Assembly: GCF_036321535.1 (NCBI RefSeq)
Contig: NC_087438.1
Location: 13,208,001-13,272,000 of the forward strand
DNA length: 64,000 nt
Reading direction: 5' to 3'
Origin: Camelus dromedarius
Taxonomy: Eukaryota
Numbering within the stretch: the first letter of the stretch is position 1; every line of letters starts with the position of its first letter. The translations under genes were made by a program, and so were the position numbers. Positions 40,601 through 53,847 of the stretch are shown in pieces. The notes under the pieces are model-generated. The model had not been told where the DNA came from. It searched no databases and saw only the letters and a list, made by a program, of their open reading frames with translations.

Positions 40601-41429
40601 TATAACCTTGTAAGAGAACTCCTAGGTGCTGGAGGTGGGTTGGAATGAGGGCAAGAACCACATTCTGTTAAGAATTTTAACACATTTTGCTGCATGCCTA
40701 AATTTAATGAGATTTTGACTTTCAAATATAATAAGCCATACAGACTGAGAAATCACAGATAAAAGATTTCAAATAACCAGCAGGTTTTATCTGAAAGGAC
40801 AGAGTCTACATGTATATTGGTATGCATCAAGCAAATAATAGTTCATTCTTTTCATGTTTGCAACTTTTTTATTAACTTAAAAATCCAGTATCTTGGAACA
40901 ACATGCAAAAAAGAAGCGGAATGATTCCTGTTTCAATGATTCTGGAGGCATCTAAATCCTTTAAAATCTAAAATCTAAATCCTTTCTAAGGTTGATTTAT
41001 ATTATAGCCTATAGTCCAAGCAAAACAAACATCACTAGAGTATCATTTCTTGAACTGCACCTGGAAATTTGGTCTTAGTCTCTCAATGTTTGGAATAGAG
41101 TAGACCTGGGAGTACAAAAACAAAACAAAACAAAACAAAAGCTAAACCCTAATGTCCACTGAGAACATGCCTGATATTTTACATACATGAATTCATATAC
41201 AGTTAAAGGAAAAAACAAAACACTCCTAGAGTAAGATGCCATAATGGTACATGTCTCCGGACAATGAAGGCAGAATATGTTTAACATTAGCTGTGTGGAG
41301 TTCTACTATTGCATGATTACAACCTTAATTTTTTAAATTCTATATTAAATCATGGAGATTTTCAGTTTTCTAAGAGCTGGAAATTTCCTGTTTCAGCAAA
41401 ATATAACTGAAATATATATTGTCCCTTTT

Positions 41430-42153
41430 GTTGAAGATCTTAATCGGGGGGAGCTTTGAAAGAGGAGAGTATGTAGAGTAATATTGGGGACTTACATCTC
41501 ATTGAGTCTCCTACCAGCTCAGAAAAACCTCTTCACCGAAGTAGAAGAGAAAGAAAACATCTTCCTTAGTGAATAAAATTTTAATCAGGATTTGGTGTGA
41601 AGTCACAGGCAGTCCACTAAAGAGACTGTTAAGTCAGAAAGAAATCTCACCCTTTTTATAGCCAAGTGGACACAACCCATTACATACAAATTCACAAGAT
41701 AAATGATGACTAGCGCTCTAGTAAGAGGACTTGACAGCACTATTTGTCGCATGTAGTGTATCCGAATTCACCTGGTAGTTAGGATGACCATTTGTGTTAG
41801 CTAATTGGCTTTTTTCCAAAAGAAAAATAAACTTCTCATACCTTTATGTCAGAACTTAAGGCTAGGCACCAGCCCAGATTAGCCTTCTACCCTCCCACAG
41901 AAACAGGGAGATGAGGAGGACTGTCTTTCCTGATGATATTTTAAAGAAATAACTCCTAGACCCTTGAAGAAACATTACTAGATTGAAAAATTAAGAGGCT
42001 CGTTTAACTGGTAACAAAGTTTACACACATTTCAGAGAAGCTGAGAAATACTTTAAAACTACAAGTTTTCCAAAGTAAATGCTGAAAGAACTAATGTATC
42101 TTTCTCATTTTTCCATCAGGAAAAATTATCTTTTATAAAATATTGTTGTTTAC
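41430..42153 (-). mobile_element. ERV1-type LTR (MER67-like)
   Basis: taagaggacttgacagcac, gctaattggc (CCAAT on the minus strand), tgttga...gtttac ends. Confidence 0.55.
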
Positions 42154-43820
42154 CTTTAGAGTACCCATATCTTTATATTATGTATGCAGTAATAAATATA
42201 TCACTTTTATGAACATAAGATGTGAAATTTCATTCATACTGTAATAAGCAAAAATATTTCTTATAAATAGATTACAAGGAAAGAAATTAATTGAGGAAAG
42301 CTTATTTCTGACAAAAATATTACAACTGATAGGAGATATTTATATATTGAAGTAAATAATTTATATTGAACAACTTCCTTTATAAGAATTGCAACTTAAA
42401 TCAACATTTAAGCAAGAACATCACTGTTTGTCAATCTTTAGCTTCTTTACTTCTAAATATCATATCAAAATAGGAGCATATAATGACTTTAAAAATATTT
42501 GTTAAGAAAAAAGCTAGTATAAGAAAATCAGATGCCACAGATGATTTAATTGGTGAACTGAATTGTGTTTCCAAGAAGTATGAGGGTGTGATAATAATCA
42601 TTAAAACTGTGCCTTGCAAAACATAATAATAAATTAGAAGCAGTCAAGGGAAAATCTCAAACTGATTGGGATTTAGGCTTATAATGGGTAGTAAATATTT
42701 CCCAATTATCTCATAAAGAGTAATGGTGGTATTCTTTATTGAAATTGAATTCCCTGTCTTCATATTCGCTGAACAAAACTAAAATCAAGTTGACATACAA
42801 AACACTAATGGAGGTATTTTCCTTTTGGATTTTAAGGTGAACCTGTGGTTTCTTTTCCTTGGACCTTTACACAAAACATAGCTCATGGTAAACAATCTAA
42901 TAAATGAATTTGTTTGGTTTAATTTTTACTTTACTATTTTAAAAGGAGTGACATTTAGGAAGAAGTATTTCACGAGCTAACCAAGTTGGATATAGAATGA
43001 GCATGAGGAAGCTTAGTTATGAAGGACCACTGCATCAGTGAAGCAGCAAGACCATGGACAGGCAGCCACGGAACACTGATTTTACATCAATTTTATGTAA
43101 TCTTGGATCACTTTTATGATCTGAGATTATTCACTTATCAGCATCAACATTTTGAAAACTTACTCTTACAATGTTTATAAAATTAGACATATGCCTGTAA
43201 AGTCTGTAATAGTTCCTAGTTTAGAATAAGTGCTCCAGTAAAGGTAGATATTCTGTTACTATTTGAGTTTCCACATCCTACTGCAGCTTCAAAATGGTTT
43301 AGGAAATGTGCACAACCTTGCTAATCACTGTATGGGTAAGCACAAAGAAAGCTAAATATGTTCAACATATTTTGGAAAAAAGAATCTAATCATTTCTTCA
43401 ACCTATTTCATGAAGTCTGTAAAACAACCAAAAGAAAAATAGTTTGCCTACAGTAATCTATACCATACAAGACACAACAAGAGAGAATCCAAACATGGGA
43501 AAAATAACATTAGAAAAATTAGATGAAATGGAAAATATAGTTAGTGTAAAAAATGCATACCATTAGGGGTTAGTGGGAGTGACATGTATGGCCTTGAGCT
43601 TCCTATTAAAAAATACAAATAAAAAGATACATACTTAAAGTGTGTTAATTTCCTTAAAACAGCATCAGGGGAATCCAATAGTTTTCTTATTTCTATTACT
43701 GAGAACCGAAAGAACTTTCTCATGTTAGGTCTTCAAAATGGAAAATTGTTTTAGATAAAGAAAAAGCACGCTATTGCTTCTGTTATCAATGATATACTCT
43801 ATTCAGTAAGATATTTCCTT

Positions 43821-44254
43821 TGTGAAATGTGAAATGAAATTAAATCACTTCTATCAAGCTCTTTTAAAATGGAGCCAGAAGGCCATTCATGAGGTTTTAT
43901 ACATGTCCTCACTTGGTGGAACCTTGAACTTTGAACTAGGTCAAACCACAAGTATTCTGAGAACTCAGAAAGAACACCTACAAGGTGTCAGAGCAGTGGA
44001 CTTTTCCTTCCTCTAGTAACAGCCTTAGCACTCAATCCTGTTTAGTTAAGACTAGCTTCTGCGTCCAACTCCAATTCTAATTCTTTGTAATGTAAATCTC
44101 CCTTCTTTGTTTTTAAAAGCCCTTGATTTTTACTCCTTATTGAGATACTGTTTGGGTTGCTTTCAAAATCTGTGTGTCCTGAATTGCAATTCTTGGATTC
44201 CCAAATAAATGTTTTCTACCTTATTATTGCCTCCTAGGTGTATTTAGGGTAACA
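43821..44254 (+). mobile_element. Old ERV1-type solo LTR
   Basis: TG...ggtaaCA; cccaaataaa poly-A signal. Confidence 0.55.
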
Positions 44255-44513
44255 CTTAAAAAAAAAAATTCTCCCTTGGAGTTAACACATGTCAAAGCAA
44301 AGAACGATAATTCTCTGATGAGTAGAGGAGGTTTATGTATGATAGTTTTTTGGTCAATGTTAAACCAATATATATACAATTTCCATATATGTGTGTGATG
44401 TGTGTCCATGTGTTATAAGCATATTCTTGATTTATCATTGAGATATTGATAGAAATCAGTGGGAGAGAATAAATTATACTCCTTAGGAATTAGCACTACC
44501 AAGTTCATATATG

Positions 44514-45166
44514 TGAAACCAAGCACCCTGTGGGGCCTTCCTGGGGATAGATCTCCCCCCATGTCTCTGCATCCCCTGCCTTTTGTTTATAAAAAAATGC
44601 TTTAGATTCCTAGGCTTTCCTGACTTCCAAAGGACAGATTTAATCTGAGAAGTGAGAAAATGCAGAAGCAAAGGAAAAGAGTCAAGCAAAAAAAAAAAAA
44701 AAATAATATTAGTTGAATTAGTTGAGTCATATGATTAAGGTCAAGGACATTTAGTTCCTCCTCAAGGGCTATAGATAATCTCCTTGAGCTGTTTTGCAGA
44801 TACTAAAACTTCTACCAGGTGGAGGAAGTTAACTGCATGCTGACCAGGAGTACTTAGACCCCAAACCAGTTGGAACTAGAAGGTTGACGACCTTGACTCC
44901 CAAAATACTACCCTGTTACTTCACCACTAACCAATCAGAAGAATGCGCAGAAACTTATCAGGAACCGTACAGCCATCAACCCTAATGTTGCATCTAGAAA
45001 CCCTTCTCCAAAAGCCTTTGGGGAATTTGGGTCTTTAGAGCAGAGGTGCCTATTCTCCTTGCTTAGCCCTGCAATAAAGGCTGTACTTTCCTTCAGTACA
45101 ACTAGGTGTCAGTAGATCGAATTTGCTGTGCATCAGACAAGGGTATCCAAGTTTAATTTGGTAACA
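44514..45166 (+). mobile_element. ERV1-type solo LTR
   Basis: TGaaacc...ggtaaCA, ccaatcag, AATAAA near 45073, near-TSD tatg/catg. Confidence 0.8.
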
Positions 45167-48100
45167 CATGTAGTTCTTTGATGAGACTTTTTATCCCTAC
45201 ATATGTAGAAAAGAGAATAAAACCTTTATGCCCATATGAAACAATATAACAAAGAGATTAATTAGATTCAATCTTCCTTTAATAAACATCAAAAAGTAAT
45301 CCAAATGTTCTATCATTAGTTTCACAATAGTGGTGCTCATGCATTTTGACCAAAATAATCTTGATGTAGATCATTAGAAATTTATATTTTATAAACTTCA
45401 ACAGATCTATTAGGTTGCCCAGAGGTCTAAGTTGTTCAAAATCATTGAAAGCTTATTGATTTTCATTGTCTAAAATGTTCTAATTATTTGAATTATAAAG
45501 AAAGATCTTATAGTTCAAACTTTCTTTTACCGATCAACCACATGTTGTACTTTCTTTTAAATCTAAGTTTGTGAATTACACTTTTAAGTGCTATATTTTT
45601 GAATCTGAATTAACTTTATGTAGGCTAGAGTCACAACTTTTGTTATTTTGCCAGCTCATTTTTGGCTTTCAGAACATATTTATAAAAAAAATTGTCAGCA
45701 ATATGTATTTTTATCAAGAATCTAGTTTGAGGAGAGCTATACAAAACTATATGCATTCAAGGACTAAATTCACTTATAATATTAACAGGGGTGCATTTTG
45801 CAAATATGCTTTTGATTTTTTTGAAAGCTTGCCTAATCTAAATGGAATGGAAACAATATGAATGCTTGGGTAAGTTAGCAAGAAATTTGTGGAAAACCTC
45901 TGAAGAGCTTTTAAAATAAGATACATGCTCCTTTATCCAAAATGCTTCAGAGGTAGTTCTTTTAGTTTATTTTTGGAGTTATGACTCTAGAATTCCATTT
46001 AAAAGGATTCTCATTCAAATACAAAAAGGAAAAGGAACTTAAAGGGGAGGTATAAGTGACTCACTGATGTAAATAGCCCAGAGAGCAATTAGGTGAATCA
46101 TGTATAATGAACTTGAGTGAATAAAAAGGGCTGGTGGAAAAAAAAATTGAATTATATTAATATAAAAAGTCTGTATCCAGATTTTATGTGTTTGCTTATA
46201 CTAAATGGGTGAAATAACAGGAAGAATTAATGGCAATAATTTGGAAACAGAAAGAGCAGAGTATGCGATGTTTTTCCGGGGAGAATAACAACAATCACAT
46301 ACAATAATTGGTGAATTTATATACATATACACACAAATGAACCACATACAGATGTATTCCAAAGATTAAATTTTATTCTAAGACTCTCATTCTTGGACTG
46401 TCCTAAGATAGTGAAACAATCCCCTAATTTTCAGCTTTCAATCCTTAAATTTTATTTTTATTCATGACTAAAAATTGAATTTTTGTTTCATTTATGATTT
46501 AATGTTATCTTAAACTATCTTTTGGTTTTGCTACCATAGTTACAGTCTTTTCATCTTAAATGTATTTGTCCATTGTATTTTACTTCCTGAGCAGGAAAAA
46601 ATTTGCATAATATTGGAGTCCTGTTCATTATGGCTTGACAATGAACACTGTCTACCACAAAATAGCATCATTTAGTTCATTCCTATGAGCATTTTATTAA
46701 CCAGAAGTATTTAATCATAAAATCAAGTACTTTGAGATTTGATGCTGACTCATTTTGATGAATTGTTCATGTTACTTCCACTGACAAACTGGCAATGTCA
46801 CAATTTACCCAGACTCTCTTGCTCTTTGAATACTTATCTAAGAAGTAGTTTTGCCAATTCTAAGAATAAATAAAAGAAAAATTCAAAGAATTTAGGAATA
46901 TACATTGAAAACCTTTTGTTACTTTTTATTAAAAGGACTTTTCAAACTCGTTCTATGAAAATGAGAGGGAAATGTGCGTATCTTGTAATATTTGAAATAA
47001 AAATGGACATTATAACTTTTGAAAGATAAAGTATTTCAAACTTGAGGCATTAAGAATTTGGGAAAAAGATTAAAATGATCCTGGCCTTAGGCAGCTCATT
47101 AGTTCCACACAGATCTAGTATCACATGTCCTTCAAGAACACATTTGAAATCTCCTAGCTAAAGATTTCTCTTTATTTTTTGGATAATACGTCATTTGAAG
47201 AACATTAATCTTAGATTCTCAAAACTGCTGTCCAATATGTCCGCAGCTGACTGGTAGCAAAAAATGAAAGGTAAAATAAACGCACATTAAATCATGTCAT
47301 TTGTTTAGCTAATTTAGTGGGAGAGCAATGGGAATATGAGGGAATAACATATTTGAAAAGCAATTTTATAACAGCACATTTGTTTCCATCTTCTCACAAT
47401 AAAATGTTGGCTCCAAGGTCATTATACTTCTAGCACATAAATACATCCTATTGACACTGATAACTTTTAAATAATTGAATTTTTTAATTCCTTATATGCT
47501 TTGTGGGGAGATGCGTATTTATAGAAATTGCATCATTAAAAGATTACAGAAAAATTTAATACTTAGAACATTTCTCTATGTGTAAACTATAAGTTACCTC
47601 AAATGAAGACGATTTTTGTAAGGATTAAGTCAGTCAAAAATGCAAAGCAATTAGCTCATTTATTAATAAAAAGTTCTCATCAACTTTTAGCACTTATTAT
47701 GAATATTATTTCTGTTGTAGTTATTATTAAATCATTATTCCCAAATATTAAAATGATTTAGATTTTCCTTGTGTTTCTCTTTTTTTTTTTTTCCAGACAG
47801 TAAGTGGAAAGTTTAGGTGACTCAAACTGACAGAACACAGGGTTGTTTCTGTAATAGGAAGTTTGGAAATAATAAAGAATTCACCTGAATTAGGTAACTC
47901 CAAAGAAGAAGAATTATAGAAGACACAATAATATTGATGAGTTAAGCTGTATTTTTTAGAGTATGCTCCTTTTTAAAATTCATTCTAGTGAAAAATGTAG
48001 GATTTGGCGCTGAATAACACAATCAGACAATTTCCTCTGGGTGTGCTTTCCATGAACTCTTAATCTTCCTATGCTGTGAAACCTTAATTAAAAAGGAGAC

Positions 48101-48875
48101 TATTAGGAGTTTGCAATGTATTTAATGAGAGGGCAACTGACATCTCAATATGAAATGGAGCAATTGCATTCAAATAGAAAAAGAATGATTATGGGAACGT
48201 CTCTTAGAGTTCACTTAAAGTTCTTGCAGTATAAAGGTCTCGTCTTTATTAACACTGAATTTCTGATACACACTTCTTTTAAACGGCCCACTTGAATGCC
48301 TGTGGGAGATCTTCTTAGTCTACCACCCAAAGCAATATTTCAAATTAGTAGAATTAACTTCAGTCTCTGTGACATTATCATATGTCATTTTCACTATTTA
48401 TTTGAATATCTTTAAATATTTCATTTGATGTCCTAGAACCATGTATTTCAGAGAGAAAATATTATTTCATAATTTCTTTTGATAATTTCTTTTGATAATC
48501 TCTCCTAGATCTGAACACACCTAATCAGAATTCATCTTTCATATTGCTCTTTTATCCTAACTACAAACACACACACACAAAGCCCAATAGGACTAGGGGA
48601 TAATATATTTTAGAAAACATTACATACTAATATTTGGGTATTATTTCTTTAATTATCTTTCACTGGTTTTTAAAAACACATTGAAGTTACATGGGGACTC
48701 ACCAAACACAGGACCCTGAGTCATTCAGAGTACTCAATAAAGCTAAATTGAATATGAAAATACTTGAGTTTTTTTCTCCACCTATGTGGAACTATTATAA
48801 ATATAAGAAATTCTGCAGAAAAGGAGAAAGGTGATTTGCAGAATCTATATCAAGCCATTAACCGATTTAAATGGA

Positions 48876-49030
48876 GGGGAGGGTATAGCTCAAATGGTAG
48901 AGCTCATTCTCAGCACTCACAGGGTCCTGGGTTTAATCCCTAGTACCCCCTCTAAAAATAAACAAATCTAATTATTTCCCCCACCAAAATAAAATAATTG
49001 AATAATAAAATAATAAATAAATAAACTATA
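48876..49030 (+). mobile_element. Vic-1-like SINE
   Basis: ggggagggtatagctcaaatggtagag...gggtttaatccctagtacc plus A-rich tail; homologous to the 11963 copy. Confidence 0.88.
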
Positions 49031-49657
49031 AAAAATGTCAGAGGATTAGTTGACTGAATTCATTTGGTCATAAAGTGTTTTTCCTCAGCTTCACCTTAAA
49101 GTAAAACTAGTAAGCAAACATGGAGTGGGAACTATATAGATAAATATGATAATAAGTATATTGAAAGTTTTCATTCCATAAATATTGTATGAATTTAATG
49201 TTTTTTTAATTCTTCTATGAATTATTAAATATTTCAATTTCCAGAAAAATAAAAGCATGAGAAGCTCTGTGTGCTACCACCCTCCTCTACTAAATCTAAC
49301 ATTTGGCCACATATGCTTTATTAAAAAATAAAATGCTATGGAAAGCTGCCATATTCTTCTTCCCAATTTCATCCTTTCCAGTATATTAAAATAAATAAAT
49401 GATTTAATGCAATGTTTTATTGTGTTGTTTATCATATTTACCATAAGGCATTTCTATCCTTATGATCTAATTTTTCCCTCATGTCTTTTGCCATATGTAT
49501 GCTTGTTTGATTAAAAACAAAACAAAATAAAACAAAACAACTATGGGTGTATATGTCTCTTTCTCACCTTCCCATATATTCATTTCACAAACATGGAAAA
49601 TAAAATGATTTTTTTTCTGTTATGTTATTATATTGTTTTTAAATTGATACTATATTC

Positions 49658-50015
49658 ATTTTTATTGAGGTGTAATTGAAAAATTTGTATATATTAAAAG
49701 TGCACAGAATGGTGATTTTACATATGTATCCTCTGGGAAATGAATAGCATAATGAGGCTAATTGACAGATTCATCACCTCAGATGGTTTTAAATTTTTGT
49801 TTTATGATGAGAACACTTGAGGTTTACTCTTAGCAAATTTCAAATACACAACACAGTGTTATTTAGTCACCATACTGAAGACTGGATTCCCAGAGCCTGC
49901 TCATCTTATAGCACAAGGCTTTTAATCTTTAACCATCTTTTCCCATCTCTATACCCTTCATCCCTGCCCCCAGCCCCTGATAATAACTATTCTGTTGTCT
50001 GTTTCTATGAGTTCC
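49658..50015 (-). mobile_element. L1MA-like 3' end
   Basis: tttattgaggtgtaattga...atgagaacacttgaggtttactcttagcaaatttcaa. Confidence 0.8.
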
Positions 50016-50739
50016 TTTTTGGGGGTTGGTGGGAGAAGGGGAATTGATGGAAGCCTATGACACGTAAGATATCAGTATTTGATGTTCATGTATCTGTCTT
50101 ATTTTAGAATGCTGACATTTTATTTTTTGTTATATTTCTACCTCTCTCTCCCTCCTATTTAACTGACTATATAGATAAAATATATTCTAAAGAATTTAAT
50201 TGGAATTACATGTTAAGAGTTAGGATAATAAACTTAAGGGGTAAAGGTTTCATCTGCTCTATCCATATGCTTTGTTTGGTCTGAGTGATGTCCTGAAATG
50301 GATCACCCGAAATGACCTCAGCATTTGCCACTCCCAGTTATGTTACAGTGAACTGATTTGCATTCTAGATTCCTGGAAACATTTGACTTTATTATATCTG
50401 GTAAAGAATGAGAAAATGTACATTAAAATGTATCAAGAAAAGAATTTGATATACAATGGGCATTATCTTTTAAGTATCCACTTAGATTAGTTCCATAGAA
50501 TTTCAATATATTCAAGGGAAGAAAACATAATAACTTAAGTAAACACTTGTAAAATACATTAAAATTTATTTGTTTCTTTTAGGTGACTATCATTGTGTAC
50601 CCTATTTTCTGTGGTATATCCTGAACGAGTCAGTGTATCAGTTTAAATAGAGAATCCTGAGTTTATCTGCAATTTCAATTTCTAACTCTGTTATGAAATT
50701 TCTCTGAAAGCTGTTCCTCAGAATTCACTTTAAAATAAG

Positions 50740-51290
50740 TCCACTAACATCCAAGTATTTTCCAGGTTTGACCACTCTTTGTCTAAAGCCCTTTGGGTGA
50801 TTTCAAGAAGCCAAGTTTTTACCATGGGACTCTGTTTACCCAGCCAGAGCTGATTGAATAAGAGATAGACGCTGACAAACAAAATAAAACAAAACAAAAC
50901 AGAAAACCAAACCAAACAAAAACAACGACAACAACTAAACCCTTTTGTTTTGGAAACTTGCAATTTGGGTTGGTCTTTGTCAATTCCTTGAATTGGGGAT
51001 GTTTGAACCCAAGATGAGTGACACGCATTTTCCACTATGTGCATGGCAAAGAAGAAAAAGTTGGTCCCATGAAAAAAAGAAAAATGACACTAAAAGGCAG
51101 AAAAAAATCATAAATGAGAAGTCAGGTGGTGAAAATGAGAAAAAAGATGCTCTGTGACTTGAGTGCTGCCTTTATTTTCTTTTCCAAGCCTGAGGAATCT
51201 TGCTTATAAGTGATGTCCTTGTGTTTCTCAGAGTGAAATGCTATTATTGTCAGCCTGAATGAGTTTCATTAACTGTATTCAAATGATCCT
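50740..51290 (+). mobile_element. Old MLT1 (K/L-like) LTR with an internal (CAAAA)n tract
   Basis: cccagccagagctgattg...; degenerate MaLR 3' end. Confidence 0.45.
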
Positions 51291-52991
51291 TCGCTGTGAT
51301 ACTCACCGTTAGTTTTCTCAGTATCATCAGGGGTAAATAACGTCTTTCTTTTAAATCCAAACAAAATGAGATGTTTGTATTCAAGTCATTGACAAGAGCC
51401 TAGGATTTGGAATGTTACCTTTGGGATTTGGCAGAGTGGAACATGGCTATTCAGTAAGGTGAAAACAAACCCCTCATACGAATGTCCATTTACACTTCTT
51501 AAGTAAAATGGTTTTTTTTAATAAAATATTTTCACAAGTACTTAGCTCTTGTCATTATTATTAATATTTTGGTTGGATAATAATTACTGATTAGATACAG
51601 ATGACAAGCAGACCTTCTGAACCCAGACCATGTGTCTATGAGATCCTGGTCCTGTCTTTCATTAGCTTGTGGTCTTGGGAAACTTACTTTAAGTTATTTA
51701 AAAGGAGATTATGATTGCCTCACCCCTACTATAAAAATATTGTAGAAGGTAAAGGAATTTATAAACTCAAAATCCTTGAAGCCATGATTCTTAGTGTTTA
51801 AGTACTTTTAAAATTAATTGGTTTTAATTGTTTTTCAGTAGCACATCATATGGGAAAACCTATTTTTAAGAAAGTGTAAAGATAGCATTATCATGAAGTG
51901 ACCACTATGGGGATAATGGATTTTGTTACATGAGAAAATCACTGAGAAACAGTCAGCAAACACTGATGTCTCAAATAAAGAAACAGCTGTATCCAGGAGA
52001 CTGAAGAGAATACACAGTACTTCATAACTGTAGTTTTCTGCATTCTCTCAAGTTCCGTGGAGACCCACCACCAGGGGACTTTGCTAGCGTAACCACAGAC
52101 TGCATTCAGTTGGATTTGCTGGGTCTGGGAGCAGTTTGGTTACCAGGTTGTACAGCTGGGAGCTACTCAATGATATATGGAAAACAGTCCTGGCACAAGT
52201 CTAGACACTATTTTCCTGATCAACCTGTAAGTCTTCTCCACCTAATTTTCCTCCGTAAGTAATTGAAAAATACATAAAATCCATTCCTTGCTAATAATTT
52301 GCCCCAGTTGCCTTTGAAGAATGCATCCACACCACTGTCCTTCTTCTTAAAGTCATTAATGCTGAAGACTGTACTCAGTTTTGTACTCAGTTTTGAATCA
52401 CGGAAGTGTTGTAAGCCCTGAGATTTTGGCAGCTGCATTGAAAAAAGCAGCAGCCTGTTTTGGCTGTTATAAGTTTGAAGGCCTCAATACCTAATAATCT
52501 GCTAATTCTCTTCTAAAAATCCTTTGCTGTAAGTTGTAAATTGTTCGTATGATCAGCAATGTGTGAAATTTAGGTGTCTGACTCTGCTCTCTGCAGGGGA
52601 CTCCTTTAATTTGGTGTTGGTCCTCACACTTAAATTCGGCCATCATAGGAGGCCATGCTTTCATTATTATGACAAAATACACGGAGAATCACATTACCTT
52701 GAGTGGATTTCATAAGATTTTTCATCCATTTCATTATTGGCCAGTTCCAGCTGCTGGTGCTCAGCTAACAGCAATATCATCTCATGTAAAATGCTTCTTT
52801 TCTCTTTAATGATTTTTTTCTACTTATCACTTATGATTATTTTTATTTCATTTTTTGTTATTTTTTTCATGTGCCATGAATCCTGAATTTCCAGTTTTTG
52901 ATTTCTTTATTTTATTGTTTTAGGACCAGAGATGAATTTTGGAATTACAGAGTCACGGTATACATTCCAGAATCTGCTACTTACTAGTTAC

Positions 52992-53119
52992 TGTTTCCAT
53001 GTCTTGGCTATTGTAAATAGTGCTGCAATGAACACTGGGGTGCAGCTGTCTTTTTGAAGTAGGGTTCCTTCTGGATATATGCCCAGGAGTGGGATTCCTG
53101 GGTCATGTGGTAAGTCTAT
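52992..53119 (-). mobile_element. Young internal L1 fragment without a tail
   Basis: Encodes IDLPHDPGIPLLGIYPE...FIAALFTIAKTWKQ (L1 ORF2 C-terminus). Confidence 0.92.
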
Positions 53120-53620
53120 GATTACTGCTTTGGCTCCACTGGCCAACTTGGTAACTGAGCCCACCCTGTCCTTGGTAATTAAGGGACAGTACTTGGGCCT
53201 CACAGCTCTGGGTTCCCATTATTCCTGTTGCATTTAGGGATTCAGTTTGATGATAGGTTTTCTCTTGTAGTATCTGACCTAGTGAAAACAGCAAACTTAA
53301 AGCTCTTGGATAATGCTGGGCCTCCCTTCAGAGTATGTATGTCCCCACATTCTGAAGTTAGTCTGACTAAAATGTTCTAAGGTAGTAAATACATGGCCAG
53401 CCAGAACCTCACTTTATACAGATACTTGGTTAAACATAACGACTTGGCAATATTTTGCGTATCTCTACTGTCATATCGTGACACAGTCTACCAGTTCCTC
53501 TTTACCTCTGGCAATAGAATCCTTGGTACCTGTAAATCTAATCTCTAAGATTAGAGACCAATTCTTTAAAACTAGGAACCAATTCAGGAAACTCATCTTT
53601 AAGATTCTGTTTCTTCCATA
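53120..53620 (-). mobile_element. ERV-L gag remnant
   Basis: SLNATGIMG...QV..LNYQGQGG..Y..GQ resembles ERV-L Gag. Confidence 0.7.
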
Positions 53621-53847
53621 GATAAAAGAGATTTTCTTCCCAAGGAAGCCTTGGCTCTGCCCTTGAGGCCTTTCAACTCATTGAATCAAGCCCATGCAAA
53701 TTAACTGGAATGATATTCTTAAATTCAGCCGATTATGAACTTTCATCAAATTGACAGAATACTTCCACAGCAGTGCCTAGATTAGTGTTTGACTGGATGC
53801 CTGGAGACTGCAGCCTAGCAAAGTTGATACGTCTAGAGGCCGTTACA
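53620..53847 (-). mobile_element. MLT2 (ERV-L) LTR fragment
   Basis: aggcctttcaact...cctagattagtgtttgact...agcctagcaaagttgata. Confidence 0.82.

Noticed and set aside
52220..52438. 72-aa minus-strand ORF with protein-like stretches
   Set aside because: Contains a local tandem duplication (KLST twice) and has no recognisable homology or splice context
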